A stretch of 64,000 nucleotides of DNA from Candidatus Kaiserbacteria bacterium (GTDB taxonomy: Bacteria > Patescibacteriota > Minisyncoccia > Phycocordibacterales > Phycocordibacteraceae): assembly GCA_027451665.1 (NCBI GenBank), contig DAIDIW010000001.1, positions 159,773 to 223,772 on the forward strand, written 5' to 3'. Below, one piece after another: positions 46,335-56,585 of the stretch. Below the pieces are notes generated by a model. It saw only the letters and a list, made by a program, of their open reading frames with translations. It was not told where the DNA came from and searched no databases. The translations under genes and the position numbers were made by a program. The first letter of the stretch is position 1. Every line of letters starts with the position of its first letter.

Positions 46335-47186
46335 ATGTCAGACCGGTCTATTGCGTGGGCAGGCGACGCGAAGCTCACTTTCGATGGCGCAGGCGTTCGA
46401 TTGAAACGCGGAATCGACGCGTCGATAGCGGCGCGCTTCGATCCGTTCCTCATGTTCGATGACTTCGGCTCGGACGTGCCGGAGCATTATCTCGCCGGAT
46501 TCCCCTGGCATCCGCACCGCGGTATGGAGACTGTTACCTATATATTGAACGGCACGGTGCGCCACCGCGATTCCCTGGGTAACGAGGGTGTTATCGGCGA
46601 CGGGAGTGTGCAGTGGATGACTGCGGGTTCGGGCATCATCCATGAGGAGATGCCGGAGAGCGTACGGGGCATCCGCGGCTTTCAGCTCTGGATAAATTTG
46701 CCGCGCGCGCAGAAGATGACGTCGCCGCGCTACCAAGATCTCGCCGGAAAGACGATTCCGGAGATCGGTATCGGCGCCGCGCGCGTGCGCGTCATAGCGG
46801 GCACGCTTATGGGCGTCCGCGGGGTGCTTGAGGCGATCGCCGGGAACCCGCTATACCTCGACATCACCTTCGATGTCGAAGGTACCGTGAGCGTGCCGAT
46901 ACCACCGGGCCACACCGCGTTCGCGTACGTGATCGAAGGCGCGGTAGGGCTGCCCGGGGAGGAGGCGCTCTACAGTCCGGGCCGCGTGCTCCTGTTCGAT
47001 ACGGATGGCACGCAGGTCGCGCTTCGAGCCGGTTTGCGCGGCGCGCGCGTTCTACTCATGGCCGGTGCGCCGCTCAACGAGCCGATCGCGTGGCATGGGC
47101 CCATCGTCATGAATACGGAGCAAGAACTTAAAGATGCCTTCCACGAGATCCAGGAAGGAACGTTCGTTCGCCATGCGCCGCGTTAG
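46335..47186 (+). CDS. Pirin family protein
   Basis: HPHRGMETVTYIL…GDGSVQWMTAGSGIIHEE cupin motifs. Confidence 0.85.
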   Translation: MSDRSIAWAGDAKLTFDGAGVRLKRGIDASIAARFDPFLMFDDFGSDVPEHYLAGFPWHPHRGMETVTYILNGTVRHRDSLGNEGVIGDGSVQWMTAGSGIIHEEMPESVRGIRGFQLWINLPRAQKMTSPRYQDLAGKTIPEIGIGAARVRVIAGTLMGVRGVLEAIAGNPLYLDITFDVEGTVSVPIPPGHTAFAYVIEGAVGLPGEEALYSPGRVLLFDTDGTQVALRAGLRGARVLLMAGAPLNEPIAWHGPIVMNTEQELKDAFHEIQEGTFVRHAPR

Positions 47187-47244
47187 GCCCATACACAGGT
47201 GCGCACCCTAGGGAAGGCGCGGGATCACGGTATCATGCAGACAT

Positions 47245-48651
47245 ATGCGACCGGGCGAACCAATGCCGCCGAGGAAGACCAACGCGCTCGGCACGGAAGT
47301 AGAGCGCTCGTTCGAAGCGCCCGCGCGAGCTCTTGAAGAGGGCGTCGAACTCGCGGTGCGCGGCGAGAAGCGTTTGATCGGCAAAAAGCCGTTCCGACTC
47401 GCGGAAGAATACTGGGCGAATCTCGGGCCCGGTCTCGTGACGGGCGCCTCTGACGATGATCCATCCGGCATCGGCACCTATTCGCAGGCTGGCGCGCAGT
47501 ACGGCTTCAGGCTCATTTGGCTCTCGCTCTTCATGTATCCGTTCATGTCGACGGTCCAGGAGATGTGCGCGCGTATCGGACTCGTCTCCGGCAGAGGGCT
47601 TGCGGCGAACATCCGCGCGCATTTTCCGAGGCGCGCGCTCTACCTCGCGACCTTCCTTCTTTTCTTCGCGAATACACTAAACATAGCGGCGGACTTGGGC
47701 GCGATGGCCGCCTCGACACGCCTTCTCCTTCCGGGCGCGCATCTCGAACTTCTCGTCATCTTTTTTGCTCTTATCTCGCTCCTTCTGCAGATCTTCACGA
47801 CTTACGCGCGCTACGCGAAGCTTCTCAAGTATCTCGCGCTCGCACTCCTCTCCTATGTATTCGTTGCCTTCATCGTCGTACACGACTGGGGGCAGGTGTT
47901 TGCACATCTCATCGTCCCGTCACTCACGTTCACAAAGGGCGAGATATTCCTCGTCGCGGCTATCCTCGGTACCACTATCTCGCCGTATCTTTTCTTCTGG
48001 CAAACCTCCCAGGAGGTGGAAGAGGGCATCCTCCACGGTGAGACGAGCATCGCGAAACGTCGCCATGACATATCGCCGCAGGGCATCGGCCGCATGCGGG
48101 TAGATGTTTGGAGCGGTATGCTCGTCTCCGAAGTGATTGCCTTCTTTATCTTCGCCGCCTGCGCCGGGACGCTCTTCGCTGCAGGCAATACGCACATCGC
48201 CACTGCCGCACAGGCGGCGGCGGCGCTGAAGCCGTTCGGCGAGCTCGCATACCTCGTCTTCGCGCTCGGTATCGTTGGTACTGGCCTTCTCGCCATTCCC
48301 GTCCTCGCAGGCTCGACCGCCTATGCAATCGCGGAATCCCTCGGATGGAAGTACGGCCTCTACCGGAAGCTGAAGCAAGCCTATGCCTTCTATGGCGTCA
48401 TCATCATCTCTATGGCCGTCGGCGTCATCGCGAATTTCATGCATCTCGATCCCATCCGCGGTCTCATCTGGGCGGCGGTCGCAAACGGCGTGATCGCGCC
48501 GGTCATACTCTTCTTTGTCGTGAAGCTCTCCGGCGATCGCCGGGTCATGGGCGGCTACACGAACGGGGCCCTCGCAAACGCAATCGGTTGGCTCACCGTC
48601 TTTCTCATGGGGCTTTCCGGCGTCGCGGCCATCGTCTCCCTATTCTGGTAG
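47245..48651 (+). CDS. mntH: Nramp family divalent metal transporter (MntH-like)
   Basis: GPGLVTGASDDDPSGIGTYSQAGAQYGF. 11-12 TM segments. Confidence 0.85.
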   Translation: MRPGEPMPPRKTNALGTEVERSFEAPARALEEGVELAVRGEKRLIGKKPFRLAEEYWANLGPGLVTGASDDDPSGIGTYSQAGAQYGFRLIWLSLFMYPFMSTVQEMCARIGLVSGRGLAANIRAHFPRRALYLATFLLFFANTLNIAADLGAMAASTRLLLPGAHLELLVIFFALISLLLQIFTTYARYAKLLKYLALALLSYVFVAFIVVHDWGQVFAHLIVPSLTFTKGEIFLVAAILGTTISPYLFFWQTSQEVEEGILHGETSIAKRRHDISPQGIGRMRVDVWSGMLVSEVIAFFIFAACAGTLFAAGNTHIATAAQAAAALKPFGELAYLVFALGIVGTGLLAIPVLAGSTAYAIAESLGWKYGLYRKLKQAYAFYGVIIISMAVGVIANFMHLDPIRGLIWAAVANGVIAPVILFFVVKLSGDRRVMGGYTNGALANAIGWLTVFLMGLSGVAAIVSLFW

Positions 48652-48653
48652 CT

Positions 48654-49172
48654 ATGCGTCCTAAGACGGTACTTGTGAACGACCGCATGCAACGTGGCTA
48701 TCGCTATACGCTAGCCGCGCCGGAAGGGAAACACTTTGATCCGCGATTCAAGCCGCAGTTGACTCCCAAACAGATGCTTGCTCTCGGCGTCTTCGGGGGC
48801 GTCTACCTGCGCGACTGTACGAAGGAATTCCCGAAGGACTGGTTCACGAAAGCGAGGTTCCAGAAGGCGGGCACGTACGCTCAAGACCCACGCTTAAATT
48901 ATTTCGGGATGCGCGCTTCCGAGCCGCTTGCGATCTGGCGCAAGAAGGGATGGATCCATCCGCAGGATCCGCGCGGTTGGTTCCAATGGTACTGCCGTTA
49001 CTACCGCGGGCGCCGGACCCCGGAAGAGGATGACCGGCAGATCCGGCGCTGGCTCAACATGAAACGGCACGTTCTCCAGTTGAAAGCCCATTGCCGTGCG
49101 GGCGACGAAACCTGCGAGCCGCGTCGCCGGCAGGCGCTCCTCCATTGGGCCTACGACTCCCGGACGCTTTGA
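48654..49172 (+). CDS. Conserved hypothetical protein (Trp/Arg-rich; KGWIHPQDPRGWFQWYCRYYRGRR)
   Basis: Internal Met right after the mntH stop. The track's 5' extension was rejected. Family not recognised. Confidence 0.45.
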   Translation: MRPKTVLVNDRMQRGYRYTLAAPEGKHFDPRFKPQLTPKQMLALGVFGGVYLRDCTKEFPKDWFTKARFQKAGTYAQDPRLNYFGMRASEPLAIWRKKGWIHPQDPRGWFQWYCRYYRGRRTPEEDDRQIRRWLNMKRHVLQLKAHCRAGDETCEPRRRQALLHWAYDSRTL

Positions 49173-49243
49173 GTCGTGAGGACTCGAGGCTCGCGCGTAT
49201 CCACCCCGGGGTGCAAATGGCCGTATGCTACAATCGCTCGGTC

Positions 49244-49747
49244 ATGAACGAACTCTACGCTTTCACTGTACCCGTATTCACCAAGTCGCTCGGCGGCTTG
49301 CGCCGCGTCCTCGAGAAGGCGAAGACGCACGGCCTTTCCGACGAGACGCTCCTGAACGACCGTCTCGCGCCCGATATGTTCCCGTTCGCGAAGCAAGTGC
49401 AGGTGGCTTGCGATAACGCGAAGGGCGCCACGGCACGGCTCGCGGGGATCGAGGCACCCGTATTCCCCGACGAGGAGTCGACGCTCGACGCGCTCATTGC
49501 GCGCGTAGATGCGACGCTCGCGTTTCTCGCGACGGTCGAGGACGCGTCCTACCAGGGTGCGGCAGATCGGCGGGTGACGTTGCCATATTTCCCCGATAAA
49601 TACATGACGGGATACGATTACACGCGCGAATATGCGTTGCCGAACTTCTTCTTCCATGTCGCCATGGCATATGCGATCGTGCGTAAAAACGGCGTTGCGA
49701 TTGGTAAGGCAGACTACATAAACGGCATGCCGCTCAAGGACGCCTGA
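49244..49747 (+). CDS. DUF1993 family protein
   Basis: MNELYAFTVPVFTKSLGGLRRVLEKA… N-terminus typical of DUF1993. Confidence 0.55.
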   Translation: MNELYAFTVPVFTKSLGGLRRVLEKAKTHGLSDETLLNDRLAPDMFPFAKQVQVACDNAKGATARLAGIEAPVFPDEESTLDALIARVDATLAFLATVEDASYQGAADRRVTLPYFPDKYMTGYDYTREYALPNFFFHVAMAYAIVRKNGVAIGKADYINGMPLKDA

Positions 49748-49748
49748 T

Positions 49749-50525
49749 ATGGATGCGCTCGCGCTTAAGGCCACCGATCTTCGGAAGACATACGCCGACG
49801 GCACCGCAGCGCTCAAAGGCGTCACCCTTGAAGTACCAAAGGGCGATTTCTTCGCGCTCCTCGGCCCGAACGGCGCCGGGAAGAGCACGCTCATCGGGAT
49901 CGCGACGGGGCTTGTTATACCGACGGGCGGCGCGCTCTCGATTTTCGGCGTCGACGCATTCGCGCGGCCAGAGCACGCGCGCCGGCCGGTGGGGGTTGTT
50001 CCGCAGAATCTGAATGTCCATCCGTTCGAGAAGGTCATCGATATCGTCGTCAATCAGGCGGGCTATTACGGCATTCCGCGCCCCGTCGCGCTGCCGCGCG
50101 CCGACCTCATCTTGAAAGACATCGGCCTTGCCGATAAGCGCGAAAACGTCGCGCGCGAACTGTCCGGCGGCATGCAGCGTCGGCTCATGATTGCGCGCGC
50201 CCTCGTGCATGAACCCGAGTTCCTCTTCCTCGATGAACCGACTGCGGGCGTCGACGTGGAGAGCCGCCGCGCCATGTGGACGTATCTGAAGACGCTCACT
50301 GCCAAGGGCGTGACCATACTCCTCACGACCCATTATCTCGAGGAAGCGGAGCAGCTCGCAAAACATGTGGCCGTCATAAATCACGGCACGATCGTCGCGC
50401 AGGGCACGCTCGATGAAATGCTTGCCATGGCCGACGGCCATACGCCCGAAGGCGAGGCATTCCGCGGCGGCAAGCTCGAAGAGGTCTACCTCAAACTTAC
50501 CAAGCAAACGCCTGAACAGCACTAG
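49749..50525 (+). CDS. ABC transporter ATP-binding protein (ABC-2 exporter type)
   Basis: Walker A GPNGAGKST, signature LSGGMQRR, Walker B FLFLDEPT. Confidence 0.85.
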   Translation: MDALALKATDLRKTYADGTAALKGVTLEVPKGDFFALLGPNGAGKSTLIGIATGLVIPTGGALSIFGVDAFARPEHARRPVGVVPQNLNVHPFEKVIDIVVNQAGYYGIPRPVALPRADLILKDIGLADKRENVARELSGGMQRRLMIARALVHEPEFLFLDEPTAGVDVESRRAMWTYLKTLTAKGVTILLTTHYLEEAEQLAKHVAVINHGTIVAQGTLDEMLAMADGHTPEGEAFRGGKLEEVYLKLTKQTPEQH

Positions 50526-50526
50526 C

Positions 50527-51303
50527 ATGACTGCTTACGAGAAATGGGTCGCGTACTACACCATCATCCGCAAGGAAGTTGTGCGGCTGCTGCGCATCTG
50601 GCCGCAGACATTTCTGCCGTCCCTCGTCACCTCAACGCTCTATTTCCTCATATTCGGCGCCTTCCTTGGCAGCCGTATCGGCCTCGTGCACGGCGTGCCG
50701 TATATCATGTTCGTGGTGCCCGGTCTTGTGATGCTCTCGGTCGTAATGAACTCCTACATGAACACCTCGTTCGTGATGTTCCAGTCAAAATTCTTCATGC
50801 GCACCATCGACGAGATACTCGTCTCGCCGACGCCGCCGTGGGTGCTTATTGCCGGGTATATATCGGGTGGCCTCATTCGCGGCATCGTGACCGGCATCCT
50901 CGTCCTTCTCGTGGCGCTCTTCTTCACGCATCTTGTCATCCACTCGGTGCTCATCATCGTGCTCTTCCTGTTGCTGTCATCACTCGTTTTCGCGCTCGCG
51001 GGACTCGTGAACGGCATATACGCGAAGTCAATGGATGCGGTCAACATCGTCCCCACCTTCGTGCTCCAGCCGCTCGTGTACCTGGGCGGCATCTTCTACT
51101 CGACGTCCTCATTGCCGCCGTTCTGGGCGTCGCTCACGAGATTTGATCCTCTCTTTTATATCATCAACGGCTTCCGCTACGGATTCCTCGGCATCTCGGA
51201 TATCGCATTATGGATCTCCTTTGCCGTGCTCGCCGGACTCGTCTTCGTGCTCGCTGCCATGAATCTCTATCTTCTAAAAAGGGGACTCGGTCTGAAGCAG
51301 TAG
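50527..51303 (+). CDS. ABC-2 type transporter permease
   Basis: Six TM segments. Start abuts the ATPase stop. Confidence 0.75.
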   Translation: MTAYEKWVAYYTIIRKEVVRLLRIWPQTFLPSLVTSTLYFLIFGAFLGSRIGLVHGVPYIMFVVPGLVMLSVVMNSYMNTSFVMFQSKFFMRTIDEILVSPTPPWVLIAGYISGGLIRGIVTGILVLLVALFFTHLVIHSVLIIVLFLLLSSLVFALAGLVNGIYAKSMDAVNIVPTFVLQPLVYLGGIFYSTSSLPPFWASLTRFDPLFYIINGFRYGFLGISDIALWISFAVLAGLVFVLAAMNLYLLKRGLGLKQ

Positions 51304-51381
51304 GACAACGCAGGGCGTCCCTGTCCCCATGGTGCGTTCATCCTCACAGGGGTAGTATGAACGCATACTCGTTTAACCAGC

Positions 51382-52290
51382 TTGCACATGCGGAATGGAC
51401 CACTCCTCGGCGGGCTCGTGATCGTAGTTATTGCGGTCGGTCTCGCCCTTTACTTCACGTACGATACGACTGCACCCCGGCCGGGCAGCGTCGCTTCGAG
51501 CACGCCGGTTGCGAATACCGTCACCTTCTACTGCGGCAACGGCAACACGATGCAAGGCACGTTCGCTGCGAACACGCTTACGCTTACGCTCGACAACGGG
51601 CAGCGCCTCACGCTGCCGCAGGTGCGCTCAGGCTCCGGCATCCGGTACGAATCCACCTCGACCGGCGCCGACCTGGTCTTTATCGGCAAGGGTGATTACG
51701 GTTCATTCACGAACGCCGCCTCGACGACCGACGTACGGTATGCCGATTGCACTGCAGCGAACGTGACGCCGACTGCGATTGCCGGGTATGAGCAGTACGA
51801 GAACACGGCGAAGACTTTTGCGTTTACCTTTCCGTCGGCCTTTAGCGTCGCCGGGATTCAACCGGGATACGGACCGAACTGGTCCGCCCCGGCGACGACT
51901 ACCGGCATGGTGCTCGCTAAGGTGACCGTGCCTCAGAGCTTTGAGCCGGGCACGAACTTCGGCGACGCATGGTTCACGGTCGGCGTATCGAGCGTCCCGC
52001 AGGCGGTAACCGACTGTACGAAGAATCTTGAAGGCCGGCAGTCCACCTCGACGCCGGTCACGATAAACGGCACGACGTACCAGAAGCTCCTCTTCACGGG
52101 CGTCGGTGCAGGCAATATCTACGACACGACGAGCTATCGCACGGTGAAGGATAATGAATGCTACGCGATCGAATACACCATCCACTACGGGAACATCCAC
52201 AACTACCCGCCTGGGAAGGTATCGGCGTTCAACGAGCAGAAGGTCGCGACCGTGCTCGACGCGATCGTGCAAAGTTTCCGTTTCCAATAG
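51382..52290 (+). CDS. MliC-like (lysozyme-inhibitor fold) domain protein with an extra C-terminal domain
   Basis: TFYCGNGNTMQGTF…LTLDNGQRLTLPQVRSGSGIRYES…DLVFIGKGDYGSF…DC matches the MliC pattern (YxCxxG…LxQxxSASGARY…KG…C). N-terminal TM anchor. Confidence 0.6.
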   Translation: MHMRNGPLLGGLVIVVIAVGLALYFTYDTTAPRPGSVASSTPVANTVTFYCGNGNTMQGTFAANTLTLTLDNGQRLTLPQVRSGSGIRYESTSTGADLVFIGKGDYGSFTNAASTTDVRYADCTAANVTPTAIAGYEQYENTAKTFAFTFPSAFSVAGIQPGYGPNWSAPATTTGMVLAKVTVPQSFEPGTNFGDAWFTVGVSSVPQAVTDCTKNLEGRQSTSTPVTINGTTYQKLLFTGVGAGNIYDTTSYRTVKDNECYAIEYTIHYGNIHNYPPGKVSAFNEQKVATVLDAIVQSFRFQ

Positions 52291-52378
52291 ACTGCGTGCA
52301 CGCAGATACGCGCAGCATTGACTTCGTCAAGGCTGCGCGTATGCTCGCGACAGAGGTAAACACAGAAGGAGAGAAACG

Positions 52379-52657
52379 ATGAACATTTCTGCGGATACAG
52401 AGCTACGTTCAGCCATTGCACAGGCGAAGACCGGACGCGCGGTACTTGGCGGCGATGAGAAAACCTTCGAGCGCCTCTGTTCAACCTGGAACATTCGGAC
52501 GATCGGCCATCTTGCGGATAAGAACCGCATAAATATGCGCGTATTGCGGCAAGTGCGCTTGTCGCATGAAAGGCCGGAGGCGCTTAAGGAGGCTATGGCA
52601 TTCGGCCGGACGCTCCTTGAGTGGTTTGGCTGCCCCGCAGACCATCTTCAAGATTGA
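52379..52657 (+). CDS. Hypothetical protein
   Basis: 92-aa ORF. No family recognised. Confidence 0.3.
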   Translation: MNISADTELRSAIAQAKTGRAVLGGDEKTFERLCSTWNIRTIGHLADKNRINMRVLRQVRLSHERPEALKEAMAFGRTLLEWFGCPADHLQD

Positions 52658-52678
52658 GCGGAACGACCCAACCGGGCG

Positions 52679-52712
52679 CGGGAACCTGCATTGCAGGAAC
52701 CCGTGCCTTTTA
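52679..52712 (+). terminator. Rho-independent terminator (imperfect 12-bp palindrome plus T tract) upstream of typA
   Basis: CGGGAACCTGCA-T-TGCAGGAACCCG then TGCCTTTT. A candidate typA promoter follows (TTGCAA-17-TACAGT, 52719..52747). Confidence 0.5.
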
Positions 52713-52793
52713 GATTCATTGCAACGCGTCTTCAAGTGTTGTACAGTGCGAGTATCAGCCGCGAGGCTTTTCCGCCCGCGGCGGCTTATTTTT

Positions 52794-54581
52794 ATGGAAA
52801 TCAGGAATATCGCCATCATTGCGCACGTTGACCACGGCAAGACCACCTTGACTGACGCCATATTGAAGCAGTGTGGTATCGAGGCCGCGTCGATGGATTC
52901 GAACAAGCTCGAACAGGAACGCGGCATCACGATCTACGCGAAGAATGCGGCAGTGGAATACAAGGGTACGAAGCTCAACATAGTCGATACGCCCGGACAC
53001 GCGGACTTCGGCTCCGAAGTCGAGCGCGTGCTGCGTTCTATCGATGACGTGCTCCTTATTGTGGACGCTGCCGAGGGTCCCATGCCGCAGACCCGCTTCG
53101 TGCTCAAGAAATCGCTCGAACTCGGAATGAAGCCGATTGTGGTGCTAAATAAGATAGACAAGCCCGCGGCGAATCCTGCGCGCGCGGAGGAACAGGTGCT
53201 CGAGCTCTTCCTTGAGCTCGGGGCCACCGACGAGCAGAGCGACTTCACGACTGTCTATGCGATCGGCCGGGACGGCGTTGCGATGAAGCATCTGGATGAC
53301 GAACGCAAGGATCTCTCGCCCTTGCTCGATACGATTCTCGAGAAGGTTCCGCCAGCGAACGAGGGTCGATCTGCCGAGACGGCGCTCATGCTCCAGCCGT
53401 TCAATCTCGCGTACGACAACTTCCTTGGTCGCCTTGCGGTGGGACGCATCTACGATGGTACCGTCAAGCCGAATCAGAACGTCATCGTGAAGAAGCCGGA
53501 TGGCGTCAGCCGCACGGGACGCACAACGAAGGTATTTACCTTCCACGGCCTCGATCGCGTCGAGACGGACGCGGCCATGGCGGGCGACATCGTGCTCATC
53601 GCCGGTCTGCCAGATATTTTCATCGGTGAGACGGTGACGACTGATGAGCAAGCGACGCCACTGCCGGCGATCGCGGTCGACGAGCCTACCATCAAGCTCA
53701 ATTTCTTGGTGAATAACTCGCCGTTTGCCGGACGCGAAGGGAAGTTTGTGACCTCGCGCCAGATCCGCGACCGCCTTGAGAAGGAGCTCGAGGTGAATGT
53801 GGGGCTCCGCGTCGATTTCTCGCAGACGGATCAGTTCGCGGTTTCAGGCCGCGGCGAGCTCCATATCGCGGTGCTCCTCGAGCAGATGCGCCGCGAAGGA
53901 TACGAGCTCCAGGTCTCGCGGCCGGAAGTCATCATCCGCGAAGAAGGCGGACAACGGCTCGAGCCATACGAGGAAGCGATCATCGACACGCCGTCGGAAT
54001 TCCAGGGAGCAATCATCGAGAAGCTTGGCGTTCGCGGTTTCCAAATGACGGACATGAAGATCGAAGGTGGCGGCGTCCGCATCTCGCTCGAAGGTCCGAC
54101 GCGCGGACTCCTAGGCTACAAGAATCAATTCATCATCGACACGAAGGGCGAAGGCATCCTATCCTCGCGCTTCATCGGCTTCCGTCCGTACTACCGCGGC
54201 GAGATCAAGAAGCGCCAGGTGGGATCCATGATCTCAATGGCGACCGGCAAAGCGCTCGGCTACTCGCTTTGGAATCTCCAAGATCGCGGCGCGCTCTACA
54301 TTACGCCCGCGACCGACATATACGAAGGCATGGTCATCGGCAATACGAGCAAGGGCGAGGAGATGATGGTGAATCCTACGAAGAACAAGAACCTTACGAA
54401 CGTGCGTGCGAGCGGCACCGATGAGGCGATCGACCTAGTTCCGGTCACCCCGCTTACGATTGAGCGCGGGCTCGAGATCATGGCAGATGATGAGTATCTC
54501 GAAATAACACCCATGAGCGTGCGCTTGCGCAAACAGTTCCTCACGGAACAGGAACGCGCGAAAGCGCGCCGCAGTTCGTAG
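52794..54581 (+). CDS. typA: Translational GTPase TypA/BipA
   Basis: NIAIIAHVDHGKTTL G1, DTPGH G3, NKIDK G4. 595 aa. Internal Met start. Confidence 0.9.
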   Translation: MEIRNIAIIAHVDHGKTTLTDAILKQCGIEAASMDSNKLEQERGITIYAKNAAVEYKGTKLNIVDTPGHADFGSEVERVLRSIDDVLLIVDAAEGPMPQTRFVLKKSLELGMKPIVVLNKIDKPAANPARAEEQVLELFLELGATDEQSDFTTVYAIGRDGVAMKHLDDERKDLSPLLDTILEKVPPANEGRSAETALMLQPFNLAYDNFLGRLAVGRIYDGTVKPNQNVIVKKPDGVSRTGRTTKVFTFHGLDRVETDAAMAGDIVLIAGLPDIFIGETVTTDEQATPLPAIAVDEPTIKLNFLVNNSPFAGREGKFVTSRQIRDRLEKELEVNVGLRVDFSQTDQFAVSGRGELHIAVLLEQMRREGYELQVSRPEVIIREEGGQRLEPYEEAIIDTPSEFQGAIIEKLGVRGFQMTDMKIEGGGVRISLEGPTRGLLGYKNQFIIDTKGEGILSSRFIGFRPYYRGEIKKRQVGSMISMATGKALGYSLWNLQDRGALYITPATDIYEGMVIGNTSKGEEMMVNPTKNKNLTNVRASGTDEAIDLVPVTPLTIERGLEIMADDEYLEITPMSVRLRKQFLTEQERAKARRSS

Positions 54582-54655
54582 GCCATCCGCGCCGCTGCGC
54601 GAGAGTGTGCTTTTCCGCATAGACTTTTCGCACGAGGAGGCGTACGGTCATTCAT

Positions 54656-55771
54656 ATGGCAGATGCGCGCACCGTACTCGAGGGATTGCTCGAAAAAGCA
54701 GACATCCGGATTGGCGGCGGCCGCCCGGGAGACCTCATCGTGCACAATGATCGCGTCTATGCGCGGATCCTGCGGCAGGGTTCGCTCGGGCTCGGCGAGT
54801 CCTATATGGACGGATGGTGGGATTCTGACGCGATAGACGAAACCATCGCGAAGATACTGCGCGCGGAGCTTCAGAAGCATGTGCAGTTCAATTGGGCGAC
54901 AATCTGGCCTGTCGTAAAGGCGTTCCTTTTCAATCTGCAGTCTTCCTCGCGCGCTAGAATCGTGGGCGAGCAGCATTACGATATCGGCAACGACCTCTAC
55001 GCGAAGATGCTCGACAAGCGGATGGTCTATACCTGCGGCTACTGGAAGGCGGCGGACAATCTCGATGACGCGCAGGAAGCGAAGCTCGACCTCATCTGCC
55101 GGAAGGTCGGGCTCAAGGCGGGGGATCGTGTGCTCGATATCGGCTGCGGATGGGGAAGCTTCCTCAAGTATGCGGCCGAGAGATACGGCGTTTCAGGCGT
55201 CGGCATCACGGTTTCGCAAGAGCAGGCGAAACTCGCACGCGAGAACTGCAAGGGATTGCCCATCGAGATCCGCGTCCAGGATTATCGCTCGGTCAATGAG
55301 AAGTTCGATCACCTCGTCTCGATCGGCATGTTCGAGCACGTGGGTTATAAGAATTACCGCGCCTATTTCGAGATGGCGCGACGCTGTTTGAAGGATGATG
55401 GCCTCTTCCTGCTCCATTCGATCGGCGGCAACAGAAGCGTGCATGATGCCGATCCGTGGATCAACCGGTACATATTCCCGAACGGGATGCTCCCCTCTAT
55501 CGCGCAGGTCGGGAAGGCGATTCAGACGCTCTTCGTCATGGAAGACTGGCATAATTTCGGGCCGTACTACGATAAGACGCTCATGGCATGGCACAAGAAT
55601 TTCGAGAAGGCGTGGCCGGAACTGCGGGAAAAATATGACGACCGGTTCTATCGTATGTGGCGTTATTATCTCCTCATCTGCGCGGGTACCTTCCGCGCGC
55701 GGCACGCCGAGCTCTGGCAAATCGTGCTGTCACCGACCGGCGTGCCCGGCGGATACGCGAGCATACGGTGA
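54656..55771 (+). CDS. cfa: Cyclopropane-fatty-acyl-phospholipid synthase family methyltransferase
   Basis: VLDIGCGWGSF SAM motif. About 370 aa. CFA-synthase-like N- and C-terminal regions. Confidence 0.85.
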   Translation: MADARTVLEGLLEKADIRIGGGRPGDLIVHNDRVYARILRQGSLGLGESYMDGWWDSDAIDETIAKILRAELQKHVQFNWATIWPVVKAFLFNLQSSSRARIVGEQHYDIGNDLYAKMLDKRMVYTCGYWKAADNLDDAQEAKLDLICRKVGLKAGDRVLDIGCGWGSFLKYAAERYGVSGVGITVSQEQAKLARENCKGLPIEIRVQDYRSVNEKFDHLVSIGMFEHVGYKNYRAYFEMARRCLKDDGLFLLHSIGGNRSVHDADPWINRYIFPNGMLPSIAQVGKAIQTLFVMEDWHNFGPYYDKTLMAWHKNFEKAWPELREKYDDRFYRMWRYYLLICAGTFRARHAELWQIVLSPTGVPGGYASIR

Positions 55772-55875
55772 GCGCCTACCGAGTGGGATCTATTGACGAC
55801 CGGCGCCCTCGGTCCTACTTTTAGACGCAGGAAGGATACGGAATCATTCCGATCCCAGAGGAACAGGAGGCGCAC

Positions 55876-56574
55876 ATGACGCTCACTTGGGCTTGTGTTC
55901 TTTGCAGTATCTTCGCGCTTTCTGTCGTCGGCGCGCACGCGGCGGGACCGAAGGTTTCGTTCGATTCAGGTCTCTCGACGGACACCGTGAGGCTCGGCCC
56001 GCGCATCGTAGTGCACCCGGCCACCGTGCTTTCAAATCTGCGGCTCACCTACGGTTCCGGCCTCTACCTGCGCGAGGACTCGCGCTTCGGCGCGTCAGGG
56101 TCGGAAGCGGAGTTGGGTGTCGGGTTTGCAGGGGCTTGTTTTGACGGCTTCACCTGCGACGCTGATTCGGTCGTACAGGCTTTCCAGAGTGACGGCCGCA
56201 GCAAGCTTGCGGTCTTCTCTGCGGATGTCCGTCGCGCCTTCGGGTTCGCGGGTGGCCACGTTTCCTTTGATGCGCGTCTGGCGGAGACGTTCGATCGTCT
56301 TGTCGATCGCAATCGGCGACTGCGTCTTGACGCAGCATATAGCAACAGCATGTACGGCGTTCCGGTGCGCCTGCGCATTGGAATGCATGAAAATCGCGCG
56401 GCTAAGCACGCGTATATGCCGATTACGCTTTCTGCAGATCTCGCGCACATCGTACAGCCGGATGATACGCGGCTCTCAATGTCGTTCGACGGAAGCGCGA
56501 TTACGCCGTATGCGTCACGTCTCCCGGAGAAGGAGATATATACCGTAGGCATACGGTTACGCTATTCTTGGTGA
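55876..56574 (+). CDS. Secreted hypothetical protein with an aromatic C-terminus (…RLRYSW)
   Basis: Signal peptide (…VVGAHAAG). Alternating beta-like pattern. Ends in an aromatic residue, reminiscent of an OMP beta-barrel C-terminal signature. Confidence 0.4.
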   Translation: MTLTWACVLCSIFALSVVGAHAAGPKVSFDSGLSTDTVRLGPRIVVHPATVLSNLRLTYGSGLYLREDSRFGASGSEAELGVGFAGACFDGFTCDADSVVQAFQSDGRSKLAVFSADVRRAFGFAGGHVSFDARLAETFDRLVDRNRRLRLDAAYSNSMYGVPVRLRIGMHENRAAKHAYMPITLSADLAHIVQPDDTRLSMSFDGSAITPYASRLPEKEIYTVGIRLRYSW

Positions 56575-56585
56575 CTCGCCTCCGC

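Noticed and set aside
48108-48653. Long Arg-rich N-terminal extension of the ORF ending at 49172
   Set aside because: It fully overlaps mntH in another frame and has no homology. The conserved part begins at the Met immediately after the mntH stop.
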